The notes beneath the pieces are model-generated. The model worked only from the letters and a program-made list of their open reading frames with translations, made no database searches and was not told where the DNA came from. A stretch of DNA of 64,000 nucleotides. It comes from an uncultured Verrucomicrobiae bacterium (GTDB taxonomy: Bacteria; Verrucomicrobiota; Verrucomicrobiia; Limisphaerales; Palsa-1400). The translations under genes were made by a program, and so were the position numbers. The stretch spans positions 2,112,001 to 2,176,000 of the forward strand of contig OY969763.1 of assembly GCA_963702845.1 (NCBI GenBank), given 5' to 3'. Positions 58,785 to 64,000 of the stretch are shown one piece after another; the stretch's first letter is position 1; every line of letters begins with the position of its first letter.

Positions 58785-60318
58785 TTAGTTTCTTACTCCT
58801 AGCTCCGCTGGTTTGGAGCTGCTTGCAGTTGCCGGGGATGGACTGATTATGCGCGCGCCGAGGTAGACCACAAACGCGATCGCGAATCCAACAAACCATG
58901 CATAACTATAAAGGTCATGAAGATAGGGTTTATGGAGTCGACGGGCAAGACTTTGATGGTAGCGAGGAAGCCGGGCAGGTTCGGCAAAATTGCGACAATT
59001 AGCGCAATTATTGCGGCGAAGGCTGAAGCCGCCGGTGAATCGGTATTCGCCGTGTTCGTCGTAGAGTGCGGGCAGGTTGAGTTTGCACCGGCGATAGACG
59101 AAATAATCGGCAATCAAGATGCCGCCGATGGGGCCAAGCAACGCGCTGTAGCCGATGAGCCAGGTGAAGATGTAACCGGTTGGATCGGCGACGAGCTTCC
59201 AGGGCATCATCAGGATGCCGACAAAACCAGTGATGTAACCGCCGACGCGGAATGAGATTTTTCTCGGCGCGAGGTTTGCGAAGTCGTTGGCGGGGCTGAC
59301 GACGTTGGCGGCGATGTTGGTCGCGAGGGTCGCGACGCAGAGGGAAAGCATAGCGATGACGAGGACGGCTGGATTGTTGAAGCGGGTTAGGACATCAACC
59401 GGATCCCAGATGGCTTTGCCGAAGATGACGATGGTCGCTGAAGTCACGGCGGCGCCAATGAAGGAGTAGAGGGCCATGGTGGCGGGCAGGCCGATGGCTT
59501 GGCCAAGGACTTGATCTTTCTGGGTGCGCGCGTAGCGGGAGAAATCCGGAATGTTCAGCGAGAGCGTCGCCCAGAAACCGATGTTGCCGGTGAGCGCGGG
59601 CACGAAGAATTTCCAGAATTGGCCCGCTTTCGGTTGGCCGGGCGCGAACGCGGAGGGTTGCGAGAGCATCGGGCCGAAGCCGCCAGCGGTTGTTGTAAGC
59701 CCACCAGAGCAATGCGAGGCCGAGGACAATGAGCAACGGCGCTTTGATTTCGAGCAGAATGCGGATGCAGTCAATGCCTTTGTAGATGACCCACATGTTG
59801 ATACCCCAGAAGACGAGGAAGCAGATGAATTGCGGCGAAGGTGATGCCGAGCGCGTTGTGGGCTCGCGTAGCCCATGGCGGGGAAAAACACGGAAAGGAT
59901 TTTGTGAATGGCGGCGCCGCCGATCCAGGCCTGGATTCCAAACCAGCCGCAGGCGACGAGTGCGCGCAAGAGGGCAGGGACGTTGGCGCCGACAGTGCCG
60001 AAGGCGGCGCGGCAGTAAACAGGGAAGGGGATGCCGTAGTGCGTTCCGGCGTGGGCGTTGAGCACCATCGGGATGAGCACGATGAGGTTGGCCAGGAAGA
60101 TGGTGAGAATTGCTTCGGCACCAATTCATTCCGCCGCCGATGAGCGAAGAGGCGAGCATGTAGGTTGGGATGCAGGCGGACATGGAAATCCAGAGCGCGG
60201 CAAAATTCCAGACGCGCCATTTGCGGCGGTCCTCGGGCACTGGGGCGAGGTCGTGGTTGTAGAGGCTGCTTTGCTGCAAAGTAGCGATCTGCTCAGCGTT
60301 TAACGACGCAGAATTCAT
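58785..60318 (-). CDS. NCS1 nucleobase:cation symporter (several frameshifts)
   Basis: LYNHDLAP, YGIPFPV..RAAFG, ACGWFGIQ, FWATLSLNIPDFSRY, NIAANVVSP, YAWFVG. Confidence 0.9.
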
Positions 60319-60483
60319 ATGTTGGAAAGTGGGCAAAGTATCGGAAACACGGGTGAATTGTCCATCCTTGCATGCGGCGTCGACTAAGATTCACCTGCGT
60401 CGAAATTGTGTTTCACGGGAAAGTAAGGGGTGAAATTTTAACGCGAAGATTCGCAGGGGCCAAGAAGTTGAAATGTGGAGCTG

Positions 60484-60848
60484 TTACAGCTTGGTCAATA
60501 TCTCCTGGCGCTTGGCTTGGAATTCGGCTTCGGAAATGAGGTTGCGTCGCTTTAGGTCTTCGAGTTGTTGAAGACGGTCGCGCGGGGGGGGTTGTTTTCG
60601 TTGCTGTCTTCAGCTTCGATGATTGTGGTGGGTATTCCTTTTTTACCGAAGGCGTTTGCGCCGTGGTAAATCATTATTCCGATGAGCGCGACGAACCAGA
60701 CGACCATGAATGCTACAGCGACGCCCGGCATTTTTCCGTCTCTCGTAGCGGATGTGAGAAATACGATACCGAATATGAACATGAAGATTCCGACGATCAA
60801 TGCCATTGCTGACAGCTTTGGACTCGGCCTGGATGTGTATCGTTTCAT
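60484..60848 (-). CDS. Small two-TM protein with C-terminal SHOCT domain (frameshift in G-run near 60585)
   Basis: Two hydrophobic helices; shifted frame reads RLQQLEDLKRRNLISEAEFQAKRQEILTKL*. Confidence 0.75.
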
Positions 60849-60928
60849 GATGTGATCCAACGAAAGTGTTAGCACTTTAGGACGTGGTGCAAAGGAAAAG
60901 TTTGGAACGAGAATCTAGAAAGTCCCGT

Positions 60929-61627
60929 TCAGTCGTGATGGTGTTCGTGAGTGGCGGGAGCGTTGGTTGGGGCAGGGCCTTCGCGGAATTCAGGGTGGCG
61001 GATGCGGCCGCCAGCCCTGGAAATCCAACTGCCAAGGCCGAAGCAGATGATGGCGCAGATTAGAACGATCAAAGCAGATGCGTTGCCGATAGTGGTGAGT
61101 TGTTTGCGCGCAGGTGGTGCGATGGTTCGAGTTTCGGTGCGTGGTGGAGGTGTTGCGTTCGTGGGTGTTGGTTCGGTTGGTTTCGTAGCAGTGGCTATTG
61201 ATTGCGCTCTTGAGAACTTTGGCACGACGAGCGCGATTATGCTCAACACGGCAGTCGCATAAAATGCCCATGCAAAACTCTCGGCTCGGTCCATGTGGAT
61301 GTCGGCCCATTTCTTGGTAGTGGCATCGAGATCCATATAAAGGTGGTTGTAGCCGTTTTGGCCGTAATGAACGACGGCCCAGACGATGCCGGTGCAGAAC
61401 AGAATGACAACGAGACCGACATTGCGTGTTACGATGCTGCGCAGTAGTAAACCGGCGAGGAGGACGACGATGCCGATAATCAATCCATAGGTCGGGAGTG
61501 GATTAATGAGAACGTGAACGTATTCAGGGGAGAAACCGAATAGACCTTGGGTGTTGTCCATCTCGTGCGCCAGGACGGGCAGGGTCGCGAGAAGCAACGT
61601 AATGCATATAAGAAACAGTTTTTTCAC
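60929..61627 (-). CDS. Hypothetical membrane protein (DUF2231-like)
   Basis: HVLINPLP, several TM helices, GGRIRHPEFR, His-rich end. Confidence 0.65.
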   Translation of the reverse strand: MKKLFLICITLLLATLPVLAHEMDNTQGLFGFSPEYVHVLINPLPTYGLIIGIVVLLAGLLLRSIVTRNVGLVVILFCTGIVWAVVHYGQNGYNHLYMDLDATTKKWADIHMDRAESFAWAFYATAVLSIIALVVPKFSRAQSIATATKPTEPTPTNATPPPRTETRTIAPPARKQLTTIGNASALIVLICAIICFGLGSWISRAGGRIRHPEFREGPAPTNAPATHEHHHD

Positions 61628-61784
61628 AACGTTGTCGCGGTGTTTGAAACAACGTGGGCTCAAATAATGTGGCCATCAAATCAGGAATGGGATGATTGTG
61701 CGATGGACGGTTCCTCTATTGGGTATTGAGCGCGGATGGGGCAGGGGAGAGTGAAACTTCAAAATCCAACCCGAACGTCGGGCT

Positions 61785-61890
61785 CGCACACCAAACTTCA
61801 GAGAAACGCCAATCTTCAAACCGCAAATGCCTGCTTGATACCGGCTTGGAATTTTAGAGCTTGGAGTTTCTCTGGATTTTGAGGTTCAAA
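61785..61890. repeat. Degenerate miniature inverted-repeat element upstream of lepA
   Basis: CAGAGAAACGCCAA pairs imperfectly with TTGGAGTTTCTCTG; heptamer-like flanks. Confidence 0.45.
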
Positions 61891-61965
61891 TTTCCCTTTC
61901 CGCCCGCCCACATCGCCCGTATGTTCTGCAACCCGACATTTGGATGTCGGAATATAGTTATTTAG

Positions 61966-63760
61966 ATGGATATAGCGCACATTAGAAATTTCAGCATCAT
62001 TGCCCATATCGATCATGGGAAGACGACGCTTTCGGACCGCCTTTTGCATAAAACCGGCACTATTGCGACTCGCAACATGGCTGACCAGTTGCTCGACTCG
62101 ATGGACCTCGAGCGGGAGCGGGGAATCACGATCAAAGCGCATCCGGTCACGATGTTGTACAAGGCCAAAAACGGTGAGGAATACGAACTGAATCTGATCG
62201 ATACTCCCGGCCACGTCGATTTCACTTATGAAGTCTCGCGCAGCTTGAGCGCTTGCGAAGGCGCGATCCTGATTATCGATGCCGCGCAAGGTGTCGAAGC
62301 CCAGACCGTCGCGAATGTCCATCTCGCGACGAAGCAAAATCTGACGATCATCCCGGTCATCAACAAAATCGATTTGCCGCACGCGAACGTCGCGCTAGAC
62401 CAAACAGCAGCTCGAGGATATTCTGACGATCTCGGCCGAATACCGCCATCCTGGCCAGCGCCAAAGAAGGCATCGGCATCGAAGAAATTCTGGAAGCGAT
62501 CGTCGCGCGTGTTCCGCGCCGAAACCGACCGGCGCTGTTTCGATGCAGGGGCTTTGTTTCGATTCCTATTTCGATACCTACAAAGGTGTGGTCACGCACG
62601 TGCGCGTTTTCAACGGCGAACTCAAGGCCGGCATGGACATCAAACTGCTCCAGACCGGCAAATCGTATCAGATCAAAGAAGTCGGCAGTTTCAATCCGAA
62701 GCCTTACGTCCGCGAGAAACTTGAAGTCGGCGAAACGGGCTATTTCACCGCGAACATCAAGACGCCGAAGGACGTCAAGATGGGCGACACGATGACTGAA
62801 GCGCGCAATCCATCGCCGCATGTTGCCGGGTTTCAAAGAAATTCATCCGATGGTGTTCAGCGGTATTTATCCGATCAACACCGCCGACTACGAACATCTC
62901 AAGGCCAACATGGCCAAGCTGCAGCTCAACGATTCCGCGTTCGTTTACCAAAACGAAAGCTCCGTGGCGCTCGGTTTCGGTTTCCGTTGCGGTTTTCTCG
63001 GGTTGCTTCATTTGGAAATCGTCCAGGAACGTCTCCGTCGCGAATACGACATGGACATCATCGCGACATATCCGAGCGTCGTTTACAAGGTGACGTTGAC
63101 GGATGGCACGGTGAAGGAAATCGATAATCCGGCGTTTTTGCCCGAGGTCAATTACATCGAGAAAATCGAAGAGCCGATGGTTTGGGCGTTCATCATTTGT
63201 CCGAATGAATACATCGGCGACATGATGTCTTTGATCGCGGAAAAACGCGGCACGGCCGATCATACGGAAACTTTGGATCTCAAAGCGCGTCATGATCACC
63301 ACGTTCGTTGCCGCTCAACGAAATTCTGATCGATTTCCATGACCGCATCAAAAGCATCACGCGCGGTTTCGGTTCGATGGATTACGAGCATGCCGGCTAC
63401 ATGCCTTCGGACATGGTGAAGCTGGATATGCTGGTGAACGACGAATCGGTCGATGCGTTTTCCAGCATCGTGCATCGCAGCAAAGCCGAGTGCAGGGGAC
63501 GTGCACTGGCCGCGAAGCTCAAGGAAGTTATTCCCAAGCAGCAATACCAGGTGGCCATCCAGGCGGCGATCGGCGGGAAAATTGTCGCGCGCGAAACCGT
63601 CAGCGCCATGCGCAAAGACGTCACCGCAAAATGTTACGGCGGCGATATCACGCGTAAACGCAAACTGCTCGAGAAACAAAAAGAAGGCAAAAAACGCATG
63701 AAAGCCTTCGGCTCGGTGAATATTCCACAAGAAGCATTCATCGAGGTGCTCAAGGCTTAA
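61966..63760 (+). CDS. lepA: Translation elongation factor 4 (several frameshifts)
   Basis: [82 protein letters not shown]. Confidence 0.96.
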
Positions 63761-63794
63761 CTCATCAACGGTCACTAATCACTCATCACTACTC

Positions 63795-64000
63795 ATGAGA
63801 CTCCGCTGGTTTCTATCAAGCACAGTGCGCGAAGCTTCGGACCTGACCAAACATGTCTGCAAGCTACTCAATGCACAACGCGACATCCTCCCGGCAGCAG
63901 CCGTCGAGGCCGTCGAAGCGTCATTGAAGGAGACTCGCACGGCGCTCAAAACTGCCGATGACACCGCGACGATTCGCGCGGCCGCGGCACAGTTGGAAAC
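63795..64000 (+). CDS. Probable signal peptidase I, N-terminus (truncated by window edge)
   Basis: Open frame MRLRWFLSSTVREA...KLLNAQRDIL directly after lepA; identity inferred from lepA-lepB synteny, catalytic motifs not visible. Confidence 0.55.
   Translation, partial: MRLRWFLSSTVREASDLTKHVCKLLNAQRDILPAAAVEAVEASLKETRTALKTADDTATIRAAAAQLE

Noticed and set aside
4370..63760. Many split genes (lptD, nucleases, nupC, TAXI, proA, wzc, GH43, aminotransferase, NCS1, lepA) as pseudogenes or programmed frameshifts
   Set aside because: Mostly single-base indels, often in short homopolymers. They hit normally essential lptD and cluster toward the window ends, while aspS, nadE and the 13-kb ORF are intact. 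Sequencing error is the simplest explanation; read polishing would decide.

Overview
Chromosomal window of a bacterium that is most likely Verrucomicrobiota (Pedosphaera/Limisphaera-like). This is inferred from the gene set, a C-terminal FYR-type domain, an H-X9-DG fragment and the short repeat families. Many genes are split by 1-nt indels (lptD, nupC, TAXI, proA, wzc, lepA, NCS1 and others), which look like uncorrected long-read errors rather than pseudogenes. Housekeeping genes: trpB, lptD, proA, aspS, rex, nadE, wzc/wza, lepA and a probable lepB. Accessory content: (i) two tandem paralogous secreted DRGH endonucleases with IPT/TIG and lamin-tail domains, flanked by a nucleoside transporter and a coupled alpha-repeat protein; (ii) an 18.5-20.5 kb patch with a Mu gp27/DUF3486-like gene, 10-bp-phased repeat arrays, and an integrase-less integron-like remnant holding one cassette; (iii) a 4360-aa Ig-repeat/FG-GAP surface protein; (iv) a 45-55 kb redox/stress block ending in an egtB-egtD-ABC transporter operon next to a glutathione-reductase-like gene; (v) a four-unit Pho-box-like array in front of a truncated H-X9-DG gene. 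Local G/C skew appears to oscillate independently of gene strand. No rRNA, tRNA or CRISPR array was found. All family assignments come from recognised motifs, not from database searches.
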